Source: Polyangiaceae bacterium
GTDB taxonomy: Bacteria > Desulfobacterota > Binatia > UTPRO1
NCBI GenBank assembly: GCA_031400185.1
Contig: JANNPN010000435.1
Span: 1 to 57,537, forward strand
Length of the DNA stretch: 57,537 nucleotides
Reading direction: 5' to 3'
Shown in pieces: positions 9,892 through 19,923 of this stretch. The translations under genes and the position numbers were made by a program. Positions within the stretch are counted from its first letter, which is position 1; every line of letters begins with the position of its first letter. A model generated the notes under the pieces. That model made no database searches. It was not told the origin of the DNA and saw nothing but the letters and a program-made list of their open reading frames with translations.

Positions 9892-11834
9892 CGCATCACG
9901 TAGTAGGCGAGCACGAGCACGACGCCGCCGAGGAAGGCGAGCGCGTAGTGCTGCACGTTGCCGGTCTGGGCCTGCCGCCAGAGGCGGCCGTTGGCCCCGA
10001 CGGCGCCCGCGAGCCCGTTCACGAAACCGTCGATCAGCTCCTGATCGACGATCTTCCAGAGGAACGTCGACAGCCGGACGTACGGCGCGACGATGATCGC
10101 GTTGTAGAGCTCGTCGATCCGATACTTGTCGAGCAGCAGCTCGTAGACGCGGCGAAGCCGCCAGCTCAGCACCATCGGGAGGCCGGGCATGCGGATGTAG
10201 AAGACGTACGCGACGGTGGCGCCGGCGATGGCGAGTACCGTTGCGATCAGCATGAGCGCGCCCTCACCGAGGACGCCGTGCTCGGCCGCGTGGGGGTGTC
10301 CCGTGACCGGCGCCAGGAACTCGCCGAGCGGGTTGCCCCAGAGCCAGTGATGGGGAAGGCCGACCCAGCCCCCGACCATGGAAAGCAGCGCGAGGACCCC
10401 GAGCGGGATCGTCATCACCGGAGGCGACTCGTGGACGTGGTGGGCGACGTCGTGATCGGCGCGGATCTCGCCGAAGAAGGTCAGGAAGAGCAGCCGGAAC
10501 ATGTAGAAGGCGGTGAGGGTCGCGGTGATCGTCGCGATCAGCCACAGCACCGTGTGGCCGCTCGACCACGTGTGCCAAAGGATCTCGTCCTTGCTGAAGA
10601 ACCCGGCGAGCCCGGGCGCGCCGGCGATCGCGAGCGTCCCGATCAGGAACGTCCAGAACGTGATCGGCATCTTGGTGCGGAGCCCGCCCATCTTCTGAAC
10701 GTCCTGCTCGCCGCTCATGCCGTGGATCACGCTGCCCGCGCCGAGGAAGAGAAGCGCCTTGAAGAACGCGTGGGTCATGACGTGGAAGATCGCCGTCGCG
10801 AACGCACCGACGCCGAGCGCCAGCACCATGAAGCCGAGCTGGCTCACGGTCGAGTACGCGAGCACCTTCTTGATGTCGGTCTGCACGAGCGCGATGGTCG
10901 CGGCGAAGAGCGCGGTCAGCGCGCCGAGCACCGCCACGACCTGCATGGCCGTCGGGCTCAACGCGAAGACGACGTTCAGGCGGGCGATCATGTAGATGCC
11001 CGCGGTCACCATCGTCGCGGCGTGGATCAGCGCCGAAACCGGGGTCGGACCGGCCATGGCGTCGGGAAGCCAGACGTACAACGGCAGCTGCGCCGACTTG
11101 CCGGCTGCGCCGACGAGCAACAGCAGCGCGATCGCGGTGGCGGTCGCCGGGGCGAGGCTCGCGGCGTGCGCCTGGATGTGAGCGAAGTCGAGACTCAGGG
11201 TTCCGCCCGCCGCGGGCGCCAGGCTCCACGTCAGCAAGAACAATCCGAGCACGAAGCCCATGTCGCCGACGCGGTTCACGATGAACGCCTTTTTGCCGGC
11301 GGCGGCGTTGGCGTCCTCCGCGTACCAGAAGCCGATGAGCAGGTACGAGCAGAGCCCGACGCCCTCCCAGCCGACGAACAACACCAGCAGGTTGTCGCCG
11401 AGCACGAGCAGCAGCATCGCGAACATGAAGAGGTTCAGGTACGCGAAGAAGCGCGAGCAGCTCTCGTCGTGCCCCATGTAGCCGACCGAATAGACGTGGA
11501 TGAGAAATCCGACGCCGGTCACGATCAGCACCATGACCGCCGAGAGCGCGTCGATGCGGAATGCGATGTCGGCGTGAAAGGGTCCGGCGGCCATCCACGT
11601 ATAGAGGGTCTGCGCGAGCCGCGCGCCCTCGGGTGCGCCGGCGACGGTCACGACCGACGCGAGCGCTACGAGGAACGACGCCAGCACCGCGAGCGGCGAC
11701 GTGATCTTCACGATATTCGGCGCATTCACCGCGGCGACCGCGATCAGGAACCCGAGGAGCGGGAAGAACGGGATCAGCCACAGCACCTGGGAGTGGATGA
11801 TGACGGCCTCGGCGGCGGCGTGGGCTTCGGGCAT
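9888..11834 (-). CDS. nuoL: NADH-quinone oxidoreductase subunit L
   Basis: WEGVGLCSYLLIGFW, GKSAQLPLYVWLPDAMAGPTPVSALIHAATMV and HAFFKALLFL. Confidence 0.97.
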   Translation of the reverse strand: MPEAHAAAEAVIIHSQVLWLIPFFPLLGFLIAVAAVNAPNIVKITSPLAVLASFLVALASVVTVAGAPEGARLAQTLYTWMAAGPFHADIAFRIDALSAVMVLIVTGVGFLIHVYSVGYMGHDESCSRFFAYLNLFMFAMLLLVLGDNLLVLFVGWEGVGLCSYLLIGFWYAEDANAAAGKKAFIVNRVGDMGFVLGLFLLTWSLAPAAGGTLSLDFAHIQAHAASLAPATATAIALLLLVGAAGKSAQLPLYVWLPDAMAGPTPVSALIHAATMVTAGIYMIARLNVVFALSPTAMQVVAVLGALTALFAATIALVQTDIKKVLAYSTVSQLGFMVLALGVGAFATAIFHVMTHAFFKALLFLGAGSVIHGMSGEQDVQKMGGLRTKMPITFWTFLIGTLAIAGAPGLAGFFSKDEILWHTWSSGHTVLWLIATITATLTAFYMFRLLFLTFFGEIRADHDVAHHVHESPPVMTIPLGVLALLSMVGGWVGLPHHWLWGNPLGEFLAPVTGHPHAAEHGVLGEGALMLIATVLAIAGATVAYVFYIRMPGLPMVLSWRLRRVYELLLDKYRIDELYNAIIVAPYVRLSTFLWKIVDQELIDGFVNGLAGAVGANGRLWRQAQTGNVQHYALAFLGGVVLVLAYYVMR

Positions 11835-11838
11835 CAGA

Positions 11839-12144
11839 TCACCCGCGCAGCAACGCCAGCTCGTCGGCGTTGACCGTCGTCCGGTTGCGGAAGGACGCGA
11901 TGATGATCGCGAGGCCGACGGCGGCCTCGGCGGCGGCGACTGTCATCACGAAGAACACGACCACCTGCCCGTCCACCGCGCCGCGGCTCCGCGCGAGCGC
12001 GACGAAGCTCAGGTTCACCGCGTTCAGCATGAGCTCGATCGCCATGAAAATGACGATCACGTTCCGGCGCACCAGCACGCCGACGACGCCGATCGCGAAG
12101 AGCACCGCCGACAACATCAACACCCATTCCGTCGGGACGATCAT
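11839..12144 (-). CDS. nuoK: NADH-quinone oxidoreductase subunit K
   Basis: IELMLNAVN and [11 protein letters not shown]; ATG at 12144 overlaps the nuoJ stop. Confidence 0.96.
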   Translation of the reverse strand: MIVPTEWVLMLSAVLFAIGVVGVLVRRNVIVIFMAIELMLNAVNLSFVALARSRGAVDGQVVVFFVMTVAAAEAAVGLAIIIASFRNRTTVNADELALLRG

Positions 12145-12659
12145 GAGATGGTCGGCCGCCTTTGCTTTTGCGCGAGCACCACGGCACCCACCACCGCGAC
12201 GAGCAGCAAGATCGAGGTGAGCTCGAACGGCAGCAGGAAGTCGGTGAAGAGGCTCTGGGCGACGCTCTGCGCCGTCCCGTAGCCCTCCGGCGCCGCACCC
12301 GGCCTGCCGACCGGCGCTCCGCGCGTCAGCAGCGCGAGCTCGACGGCGAGCAGTACGCCGCCCGCCCACGCGAGCCCCCGCAGCACGAACCGGCGTCGGC
12401 CGCGCTCCGGGTCCTCCGACTGGAGATTGAGCAACATGATGACGAACAGGAAGAGCACCATGATCGCGCCCGCGTAGACGATGATCTGGAGTGCCGCGAT
12501 CATGTGGGCCTCGAGCAGGACGAACACGACCGCGAGGAGGAAGAGCGTGACGATGAGCGCGAGCGCGCTCTTCACCGGGTTCGGGTGCAACACGACGCCG
12601 AGCGCCGACACGACGGTCAGCACGGCGAGCACGAGGAAGAGAGCCGCCCCCATGCCCAT
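12141..12659 (-). CDS. nuoJ: NADH-quinone oxidoreductase subunit J
   Basis: [20 protein letters not shown] and [13 protein letters not shown]; TGATG overlap with nuoH. Confidence 0.95.
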   Translation of the reverse strand: MGMGAALFLVLAVLTVVSALGVVLHPNPVKSALALIVTLFLLAVVFVLLEAHMIAALQIIVYAGAIMVLFLFVIMLLNLQSEDPERGRRRFVLRGLAWAGGVLLAVELALLTRGAPVGRPGAAPEGYGTAQSVAQSLFTDFLLPFELTSILLLVAVVGAVVLAQKQRRPTIS

Positions 12660-13756
12660 CAGCCCAGCATCACGATGACGATGCCGGTCACCAACATGTT
12701 GGCGAGCGCGAGCGGCAGCAGGTACTTCCAGCCGAGGTCCATCACCTGGTCGTAGCGGTAGCGCGGGAGCGTCCAGCGCACGAGAATCTGGAAGACGCAG
12801 AGCAGGAAGACCTTGATCGTGAAGCTCGCGATCTGCATTGCCACAACCGCGAGATGCGGCAGCGCGACGATGACGCCGCCCGGGAAGTGAAAGCCGTCCC
12901 GAAACAGGAACGGCACCTGCCAGGCGCCGAAGAAGAGCGTGGTCGCGAGTCCCGCGACGACGACGCTCTCGGCGAAGTCGCTCAGCATGAACGCCGCCTG
13001 CTTCATGCCGGAGTACTCGGTGAAGTAGCCGCTGATGAGCTCGGACTCGCCTTCCGGCAAGTCGAACGGCACGCGCTTGCTCTCGGCGATACCGGCGATC
13101 AAGAAGATCAGGAAGCCGAGCGGCTGATAGATGATGCCCCACGCGGGGATGACGCCGTAGAAGTGGTGGCCCTGCGCCCGCGCGATCGCCTGCATGTCCA
13201 GCGTGCCGAACGTCATGACCGCCCCGATCAGCGCCAGACCCATCGCGATCTCGTACGAGATCATCTGCGCCGCGCCGCGGATGCCGCCGAGGAGCGCCCA
13301 GCGGCTGTTCGACGCCCACCCGGCGAGCACCACGCCGTACACAGCGAGCGACGACATCGCGAGCACGTAGAGGATGCCGATGTCGAGATCGGCGACTTGC
13401 AGGTTGATGGTGTAGTCGCCGATCACGAGCTGATCCCCGAAGGGCACCGCGGCGAACGTCACCATCACGGGAAACACCGCGAGGAAGGGCGCCAGGAAGT
13501 GGAGGAGCTTATCGGCGCCGGCGGGGACGACGTCCTCCTTGGTAATGAGCTTCAGCGGATCTGCGATCAGCGTATTGAGGAGGCCGAAGTTGAACGGCAT
13601 CACGCCGAAGATGTTGGCGCGATTGGCCCCGATGCGGTCCTGGATGAGCGCGCTGCCCTTGCGCTCGACCCAGAGCAGGATGGCGCTCATGTGGAGCACC
13701 AGCATCAAGACGGCGAAGGCTTTGGCCGCCGCGATCCCGACTTCGATCAATCCCAC
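12659..13756 (-). CDS. nuoH: NADH-quinone oxidoreductase subunit H
   Basis: WVERK...[22 protein letters not shown] and [14 protein letters not shown]; start is GTG 13756 or TTG 13750. Confidence 0.95.
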   Translation of the reverse strand: MGLIEVGIAAAKAFAVLMLVLHMSAILLWVERKGSALIQDRIGANRANIFGVMPFNFGLLNTLIADPLKLITKEDVVPAGADKLLHFLAPFLAVFPVMVTFAAVPFGDQLVIGDYTINLQVADLDIGILYVLAMSSLAVYGVVLAGWASNSRWALLGGIRGAAQMISYEIAMGLALIGAVMTFGTLDMQAIARAQGHHFYGVIPAWGIIYQPLGFLIFLIAGIAESKRVPFDLPEGESELISGYFTEYSGMKQAAFMLSDFAESVVVAGLATTLFFGAWQVPFLFRDGFHFPGGVIVALPHLAVVAMQIASFTIKVFLLCVFQILVRWTLPRYRYDQVMDLGWKYLLPLALANMLVTGIVIVMLG

Positions 13757-14109
13757 GCGAGCGCCCCGCGTTTCCAGACATAGGCGAGACCAAACCCGAG
13801 GATGGCGACGAAGGTGAGCATCTCGACCAGGCCCGGCACGCCGAGCTGCCGGAACACGATCGCCCACGGGTACATGAACACCACCTCGACGTCGAAGATG
13901 ATGAAGAGGATGGCGACCAAATAGAAGTGGACGGAGAAGCGCCCGCGGGCGGGACCGGAGGACGGGTTACCGCACTCGAAGACCTCGTCCTTGGCGGCGC
14001 GACGCGACTTGCTGCGAACGCCAAAAATCATGCTGGCGGAGACCATCCCGAGGACGATCACGGCGCCGAGCGCGAACGTGAATACGACGCCGATGTATTG
14101 GTCCAGCAC
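13747..14109 (-). CDS. nuoA: NADH-quinone oxidoreductase subunit A
   Basis: FECG, RFSVHFYLVAILFIIFDVEVVFMYPWA and WKRGALAW. Confidence 0.96.
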   Translation of the reverse strand: MLDQYIGVVFTFALGAVIVLGMVSASMIFGVRSKSRRAAKDEVFECGNPSSGPARGRFSVHFYLVAILFIIFDVEVVFMYPWAIVFRQLGVPGLVEMLTFVAILGFGLAYVWKRGALAWD

Positions 14110-14166
14110 TGCGAGCCCCCGCGAAAACCCGTGACCCCGCGCAGCTAGGTCCGCGCGGCGCCCCCC

Positions 14167-14194
14167 GTTATGCCGATGGTCTGTCGCATGTCAA
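14167..14194 (-). promoter_or_regulatory. Putative sigma70-type promoter of the nuo operon
   Basis: TTGACA-N16-CATAAC on the minus strand, upstream of nuoA. Confidence 0.5.
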
Positions 14195-14240
14195 GGTTGC
14201 ACCCTGCGCCGACGCACGTCATTGGTGACGCACGACGACG

Positions 14241-15293
14241 ATGAACGACGAGCTCACACCGGCCATTGCGAGCCTCGTACGCGAACGGTGGCCGGGTGCG
14301 CATCTCGCCGACGTCGTGCACCTCGCGGGAGACTTCTCGGCGCGGCGGTATCTGCGCGCGACGCTCGCGGGCGGCGGCGCGCCGACGACCATGGTCGTGA
14401 TGGTCCTTGCCGGCAGCGGCCTGCCGCTCAGCTCCGAGGAGCTCGGGGTGTTTCCGGAGCCGCTCGTCGAGCTGCCGTTCCTCGACGTGCACCGTCTGCT
14501 CGCCGCGATCGGCGCACCGGTTCCTGAGATGTACGTCGCCGCGGTCGACCGCGGTCTCCTGCTGATGGAGGACGCCGGCGACGTCGTGCTCTGGGATGCC
14601 GTCGCCGCGGAACCGGGTCGCGCCGAGGAGCTCTACCGACGCGCGATCGACACCGTGCTCGTCCTCCACGAACGCGGTACCCGGTACGAACCGCGGTCGA
14701 GCATCGCCTTCAAGCAGCGTCTCGACGAGCGGCTGCTCATCTGGGAGCTCGAGCACTATCTCGAATGGGGCGTCGAGCGCCGGCTCGGGCAGACGCTGTC
14801 GGCGGCCACGCGACGCGGGTACCAGGAGAGCTTCGATGCGATCGCGCGCGAGCTCGCGGCGGCCGAGACGGTGCTGAGCCACCGCGACTACCACAGCTGG
14901 AACATCCTCTGGAGCGACGACGCGCCGGTGATCATCGACTTCCAGGATGCGTTCCTGGCGCCGCCCGAGTACGACGTAGCGTCGCTCCTCACCGACCGAA
15001 TGACTCCGCGGCTCGTCGGCCCCGCGATGGAAGCGCGCTTGCTCGCCCACTACTGGAGCGCGCGCGGCCGCCCAGGCGGCGTCGACCGTCGTCGCTATAC
15101 GCTGATCGCATTGCATCGCGCGCTCAAGGTCGTCGGCCGCCTTCACTACATTGCGCTCGTCAAAGGGAAGACGGGGCCGCTCGCGTTCCTGCCGGACGTG
15201 CTCGCGACCTGCCGGCGCTTCTTCGCCGAGGTGACGGTGCCGGGCGCGCTCGCCCCCGCGTTCGCGACGCTCTGGCCCGAGCAACCGTCATGA
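14241..15293 (+). CDS. amgK: Anomeric MurNAc/GlcNAc kinase-like phosphotransferase (APH family)
   Basis: GDFSARRYLR, HRDYHSWNI and IDFQDA; ATGA-coupled to a nucleotidyltransferase, as in amgK-murU. Confidence 0.8.
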   Translation: MNDELTPAIASLVRERWPGAHLADVVHLAGDFSARRYLRATLAGGGAPTTMVVMVLAGSGLPLSSEELGVFPEPLVELPFLDVHRLLAAIGAPVPEMYVAAVDRGLLLMEDAGDVVLWDAVAAEPGRAEELYRRAIDTVLVLHERGTRYEPRSSIAFKQRLDERLLIWELEHYLEWGVERRLGQTLSAATRRGYQESFDAIARELAAAETVLSHRDYHSWNILWSDDAPVIIDFQDAFLAPPEYDVASLLTDRMTPRLVGPAMEARLLAHYWSARGRPGGVDRRRYTLIALHRALKVVGRLHYIALVKGKTGPLAFLPDVLATCRRFFAEVTVPGALAPAFATLWPEQPS

Positions 15294-16036
15294 AGGCCAT
15301 GGTGCTCGCGGCGGGGCTCGGCACGCGGCTCCGCCCGCTCACCGACGACCGCCCGAAGGCGCTGGTGGAGGTCGGCGGCCGGCCGCTGATCACCTACAAC
15401 CTGGCGCTGCTCCGCCACTTCGGCATCACCGACGTCGTCGTGAACCTGCACTGGCACGGCGACGCGCTCCGGCGCGCGCTCGGGGACGGCAGCGCGCACG
15501 GTCTCCACATCGCGTACTCGCCGGAGGATCCGCTGCTCGATACCGGCGGCGGCATCAGGCACGCGGAGCGGCTGCTCGCGGGCGACGATGTCCTCGTGCT
15601 CAACAGCGACACGATCCTCGACCTGGCGCTCGACCGGGTCATTGCGGCGCATCGCGGGAAGCGCGCGGCCGCGACGCTCGTCCTTCGGCAGGATCCGGCG
15701 CAGGCACGCTACGGCGAGATCGCGATCGACGGCGAGCATCGCATTCGCCGTTTTCTCGGCGTGCCCGCCGACGCCCCTGCGTCGCTCGCCGCGTACATGT
15801 TCGCAGGCGTCCACGTGCTGTCGCCGGAGGTGTTCCGCTTCATGCCGGCGGGGGGCGCCTTCAGCATCACCCACGACACCTACCCGGCGATGCTCGCCGC
15901 GGGTGCCGCGCTCTACGGATTTCCGTTCGCGGGGTTCTGGCGCGTCATCGACACCCCCGAGGATCGGGAGCACGCCGCGCGCGAGGTCGCGGCGGCGCCG
16001 CTCGCGTTCCTCCAGTGGCAGAGCGACACACCGTAG
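15290..16036 (+). CDS. murU: NTP-transferase, MurNAc-1-phosphate uridylyltransferase-like
   Basis: MKAMVLAAGLGTRLRPLT...PKAL, LDTGGGI and NSD; directly after the amgK-like kinase. Confidence 0.8.
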   Translation: MKAMVLAAGLGTRLRPLTDDRPKALVEVGGRPLITYNLALLRHFGITDVVVNLHWHGDALRRALGDGSAHGLHIAYSPEDPLLDTGGGIRHAERLLAGDDVLVLNSDTILDLALDRVIAAHRGKRAAATLVLRQDPAQARYGEIAIDGEHRIRRFLGVPADAPASLAAYMFAGVHVLSPEVFRFMPAGGAFSITHDTYPAMLAAGAALYGFPFAGFWRVIDTPEDREHAAREVAAAPLAFLQWQSDTP

Positions 16037-16200
16037 CGTTTGCGCCTGCAGCGATGCCGGACTTCCGACGGGTCAGGCGGAGGCGCACGGTTCGTGCCGC
16101 GCGTGTTCCCTTGACGCGCTTTCGCGATCTGCTTTACAGATTCGTAAAAGCCTTGCTGGAGCCGGCAAGACACGTCGATGTCGGAGCCTCGACGCGACCA

Positions 16201-16216
16201 TGGCACAACGCTTGCT
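16201..16216 (+). promoter_or_regulatory. sigma54 -24/-12 promoter
   Basis: TGGCAC-AACGC-TTGCT, about 60 bp upstream of the patatin ATG. Confidence 0.72.
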
Positions 16217-16275
16217 GCGTGAGGCAGACGGCAACTCCTCACGCGGCCTACGCGCGAATCATATGGAAGGGTGAC

Positions 16276-17634
16276 ATGGGCATAACGATCGTCCAGAAGA
16301 GCGATCTCACGGTCCGCAAGCGCAATCCGCGCATCGCCCTCGTGCTCGCCGGCGGCGCCATCAGCGGCGGCGGCTTCAAGCTCGGCGGTCTCAAAGCCTT
16401 CGACGACTTCCTGGTGAACCGCAAGACGACCGACTTCGACATCTACGTCGGCCTGTCCGCCGGTGCCTTTCTGGCGGCGCCGCTCGCGAGCGGCGTGACG
16501 CCGCCGGAGATGTTGCGAAGCCTCGAGGGCAGCTCCGAGGAGTTCACGCAGTTCGGCGCCTTCGATTTCTATCAACCGAACTACCCGGAATTCGTCGAGC
16601 GTCCGATCAGGTATCTGCTCGACCTCGCCGCCTTCATTCCCGGGTCGATTCTCGATCTCGTGGCGAAGAGTCCCGCGCTCGCCGAGAGCATCGCCGAGCC
16701 GTTGCGCCAATTCGTGCGCTCGCCCTCGCTCGGCAACGCCGTCGAGGTGGCGCGGCCGCTTGGGCAGGCCCTCCTCTCGGGTCGTCCGTTCCCGTTCCCG
16801 CTCGACTATCTGCCGTCGGGTCTCTTCGACAACGCGACCATCGAGCACTACCTGCGCGACAACCTCGAGCGTCGTCACATGCCGAACAGCTTCAAGGCGC
16901 TGTTCCAAGCGCGGAAGAAGGAGCTCTACATCGTCGCGATGAACCTCGACTCGGCCGAGCGCGTCGTGTTCGGTCACGACGAGGACAGCTCACTGTCGAT
17001 CTCCGAGTCGGTGCAGGCGTCGACGGCGCTGCCGGGGTTCTACCGGCCCGCGCGCATCCGCGGCATCGACTACGTCGACGGCGGTGTCCGCCGGACCGCC
17101 AACATCGACGTCGCGATCGACCACGGCGCCGACCTCGTCATCTGTTACAACCCGTTCCGGCCGTTCTCGAACCGGGTCGTCCGGAAGTACGATCCGCAGA
17201 AAGACGACTACGTCGCCGAAGGCGTCCAGCTCGCCGATCGCGGCATGCTGACGATCCTGAATCAGGTGCTGCGCACGCTGCTGCACTCGCGCCTGCAGCT
17301 CGGGCTCCGCCAGTATCAGGACGATTCCAACTTCAAAGGCGACATCATCCTGATCGAGCCGACCGAGAAGGATCTCGACTTCTTCCAGATGACGCCGCTG
17401 GCGTTTTGGGAGCGTCGCCGCGCAGCGCAGCACGGTTACGAGTCGGTGACGCAGTCGATCGAGATCCACTACGACATGATCCGCCGGATCATGGAGAGCT
17501 ACGGCATCTTGATGACGCGGAAGACCGTCAGCGAGGGCATGCAGCGCATGCGTACCGGCGAAACGCCGGAAGAGGCGAGCGACTTTCTCACCCGCGAGGT
17601 GCCGTCGCGGGCGATCTCGGTTGCGAAGGCTTGA
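16276..17634 (+). CDS. Patatin-like phospholipase/esterase
   Basis: LAGGAISG glycine loop, GLSAG nucleophile and YVDGG; ATG at 16276. Confidence 0.9.
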   Translation: MGITIVQKSDLTVRKRNPRIALVLAGGAISGGGFKLGGLKAFDDFLVNRKTTDFDIYVGLSAGAFLAAPLASGVTPPEMLRSLEGSSEEFTQFGAFDFYQPNYPEFVERPIRYLLDLAAFIPGSILDLVAKSPALAESIAEPLRQFVRSPSLGNAVEVARPLGQALLSGRPFPFPLDYLPSGLFDNATIEHYLRDNLERRHMPNSFKALFQARKKELYIVAMNLDSAERVVFGHDEDSSLSISESVQASTALPGFYRPARIRGIDYVDGGVRRTANIDVAIDHGADLVICYNPFRPFSNRVVRKYDPQKDDYVAEGVQLADRGMLTILNQVLRTLLHSRLQLGLRQYQDDSNFKGDIILIEPTEKDLDFFQMTPLAFWERRRAAQHGYESVTQSIEIHYDMIRRIMESYGILMTRKTVSEGMQRMRTGETPEEASDFLTREVPSRAISVAKA

Positions 17635-17909
17635 AGCGCTAGCGGAGACGCCGCCGCGCGTCGTTCACGTCCGGCACGACCTTGCCGAGCACGAGCGGGC
17701 GCGCGGCAGAGCCAGCAGCCGGTCGTGGCGGCCGGCCGGTCGGCAACTTGCCGGAATGCTTCGAGCTTGGCGCTGAGCCCGCTGCCGCGACGGCCGCCGC
17801 GCACGAGCGCAGCACCCGCGCCGTCGGCAGGGGTTCCGGACCTCAAACCTGCGATCCGCATGGCGTTCTACATTGCTCCGGGTGGGAGGCGAAGGTATAG
17901 AACCCGACG

Positions 17910-18632
17910 ATGCTGCGGTATGCGCCCACCGACGAGGACCTTCCGGAGTTGGCGCTCCGCTTCGAGCAGGCAGAACCGGGCGATATCCTCCGCTGGGCAG
18001 TCGATCGGTTCGCTCCGGACGCTGGGCTCACCTGCTCGTTCCAGCACGAGGGCGTCGTGCTCATGCACATGCTGCAATCGATCGCCCCCGCGACGCCGAT
18101 CGTCTTCATCAACACCGGGTACCATTTCCCGGAGACGCTCGCGTACCGGGATCTGCTGGTCGACAAGTACAAGTTCAACCTCGTCGAGGTCGGCCCCGCG
18201 ATCAGCAAGGAAGAGGTCGAGAAGACCCACGGACCTGAGCTCTTCCGCCACGACCCCGATCGCTGCTGCGAGATCAACAAGGTCGAGCCGCTGCGCCGCG
18301 CGCTCAAGGATGTGCGCGCGTGGATCAACGGCCGCCGGCGCGATCAGGCGTCGACCCGGAACGCCCTCCCCATCCTCGAGGAGCTCAAGAACGGAATCAT
18401 CAAGATCAACCCGCTGGTACGCTGGCGGGCGCGCGACACCTACGAGTACATGCAGCGCCACCGCGTGCCGCTGAATCCCCTCTTCGAGCAAGGGTACGCC
18501 AGCATCGGCTGCGCGCCGTGCACGCGACCTGTGCTCGCCGGCGAGGATGAGCGCGCCGGACGGTGGGCGGGCCGCGACAAGGTCGAATGTGGCATCCACA
18601 CCGCGTTCAACGATCCCGGCCGCGACATCTAG
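17910..18632 (+). CDS. cysH: (Phospho)adenylyl-sulfate reductase, Fe-S APS-reductase type
   Basis: NTGYHFPET, CC pair, GRRRDQ, SIGCAPCT and ECGIH. Confidence 0.92.
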   Translation: MLRYAPTDEDLPELALRFEQAEPGDILRWAVDRFAPDAGLTCSFQHEGVVLMHMLQSIAPATPIVFINTGYHFPETLAYRDLLVDKYKFNLVEVGPAISKEEVEKTHGPELFRHDPDRCCEINKVEPLRRALKDVRAWINGRRRDQASTRNALPILEELKNGIIKINPLVRWRARDTYEYMQRHRVPLNPLFEQGYASIGCAPCTRPVLAGEDERAGRWAGRDKVECGIHTAFNDPGRDI

Positions 18633-18674
18633 CCCCGCCTCATCCGCACGATCTCAGCCGCCAGAAACGACCAA

Positions 18675-18709
18675 GGGGAGCCCCCGACGGTTCCGTCGGT
18701 TGGCTCCCC
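18675..18709. terminator. GC-rich hairpin between convergent cysH and SCP2 genes
   Basis: GGGGAGCC.CCGACGG-TT-CCGTCGG..GGCTCCCC inverted repeat. Confidence 0.55.
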
Positions 18710-18738
18710 CCGGGAAATCGTGAAGTCTCGCGTAGCGC

Positions 18739-19077
18739 TCAGCTCATAGGGAAGAGCTGCTGCATCTTCATCGCGAGGCCCATGTCGCCCGCGATCTTCA
18801 GCTTACCGCTCATGAACGCCATCTGCGGGTTCAGCTTGCCGTTCACCATGTCGAGGTAGTCATTGGCCGACATGGTGATGGTGATGTTCGGGGACGCGTG
18901 AGTGCCGTCGCCGACGGTGAGCTGGCCGTCGTCGATCGCGAGGCTGTACTTGCCGCCGTTGTCGCCAGTCAGATCGAACTGGTACACGGCCTTCAGACCT
19001 TTCGCCGCGCCCGCGTTAAAACGGGTCGGCATCGCGGCGAACACTTCCTTCACATTCGTAGCCGGTGGATTTGCCAT
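18739..19077 (-). CDS. SCP2 sterol/lipid-binding domain protein
   Basis: YQFDLTG and LNPQMAFMSGKLKIAGDMGLAMK; AAGGAGG RBS. Confidence 0.93.
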   Translation of the reverse strand: MANPPATNVKEVFAAMPTRFNAGAAKGLKAVYQFDLTGDNGGKYSLAIDDGQLTVGDGTHASPNITITMSANDYLDMVNGKLNPQMAFMSGKLKIAGDMGLAMKMQQLFPMS

Positions 19078-19166
19078 TGCAGCCTCCTTAACGCAGCTTG
19101 AGTGGTGTGGGTAGAACGGGGAGGCTGATATCTAATCTGTTTCATAGAGTAAAGTGGGGTCGGGGC

Positions 19167-19916
19167 TCATTCCTCGCCCTCTTCTTCGTCGATCCACGCG
19201 AGGAGATCAGCCCCGATCGCACGCACGAGCCAGCGATGCACGCGATCCGCGAAACGCTCCGCACCGGGGCCAAGCATCAGGAAATGCCCAGTGCTTTCGT
19301 GAAGATCGAACGACCAATCGAGTCGACGCGCGAGCCGCTCGGCGCTCGCCGCCGGCGCGACCGGGTCGTCGGCTGACGCGATCACGAGCCCGGCCGGCAT
19401 CGGTCGCTCGGCGATCCGCTGCCGGCCCGCCACGAGCGCACGTACGATCTTCCCCGAGTCGGGCCGCAAGCGCCCGACGTCGTCCGATGCGAGCCCACGA
19501 AAGGCATCGGCTCCGAGGCGACCGCGTGGCGGCGGAACGCGTCGTTGGAAGAATGCGCTCCATAGCTGCGGCCGCGTGAGCGCGCCCGACAGATCCAAGA
19601 GAGGTGCCAGCGAGACCATCGCTGGCACCGGGATCTCGCGGGCGAGTGCGGCGGCGATGCCGACGCCGGCGTCATGTGCGATCAGCACCGGCGGGGCCGG
19701 CAGCGTCCCGCAGAGTTCGACGAGCAACCCGATACGCGTGCCCGCGTCTGGAGCCACACCCTCGTCGAGAAACGACGGGGCCCACGCATCCCAGCCGCGA
19801 TGAGCGAGATGGGAGGCGAGCTGTCGCCATATCCACGCGCCCGTCCACAAACCGTGGATCAACAACAGCGGGTGATTGAAACGGGACGATTCGGCGCGGA
19901 CGGCGTCGACGATCAT
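19167..19916 (-). CDS. Alpha/beta hydrolase-fold protein with an atypical nucleophile elbow
   Basis: LLLIHGLW, AHDAG at the elbow position, ADDPV and GHFL. Confidence 0.7.
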   Translation of the reverse strand: MIVDAVRAESSRFNHPLLLIHGLWTGAWIWRQLASHLAHRGWDAWAPSFLDEGVAPDAGTRIGLLVELCGTLPAPPVLIAHDAGVGIAAALAREIPVPAMVSLAPLLDLSGALTRPQLWSAFFQRRVPPPRGRLGADAFRGLASDDVGRLRPDSGKIVRALVAGRQRIAERPMPAGLVIASADDPVAPAASAERLARRLDWSFDLHESTGHFLMLGPGAERFADRVHRWLVRAIGADLLAWIDEEEGEE

Positions 19917-19923
19917 AGGGATG

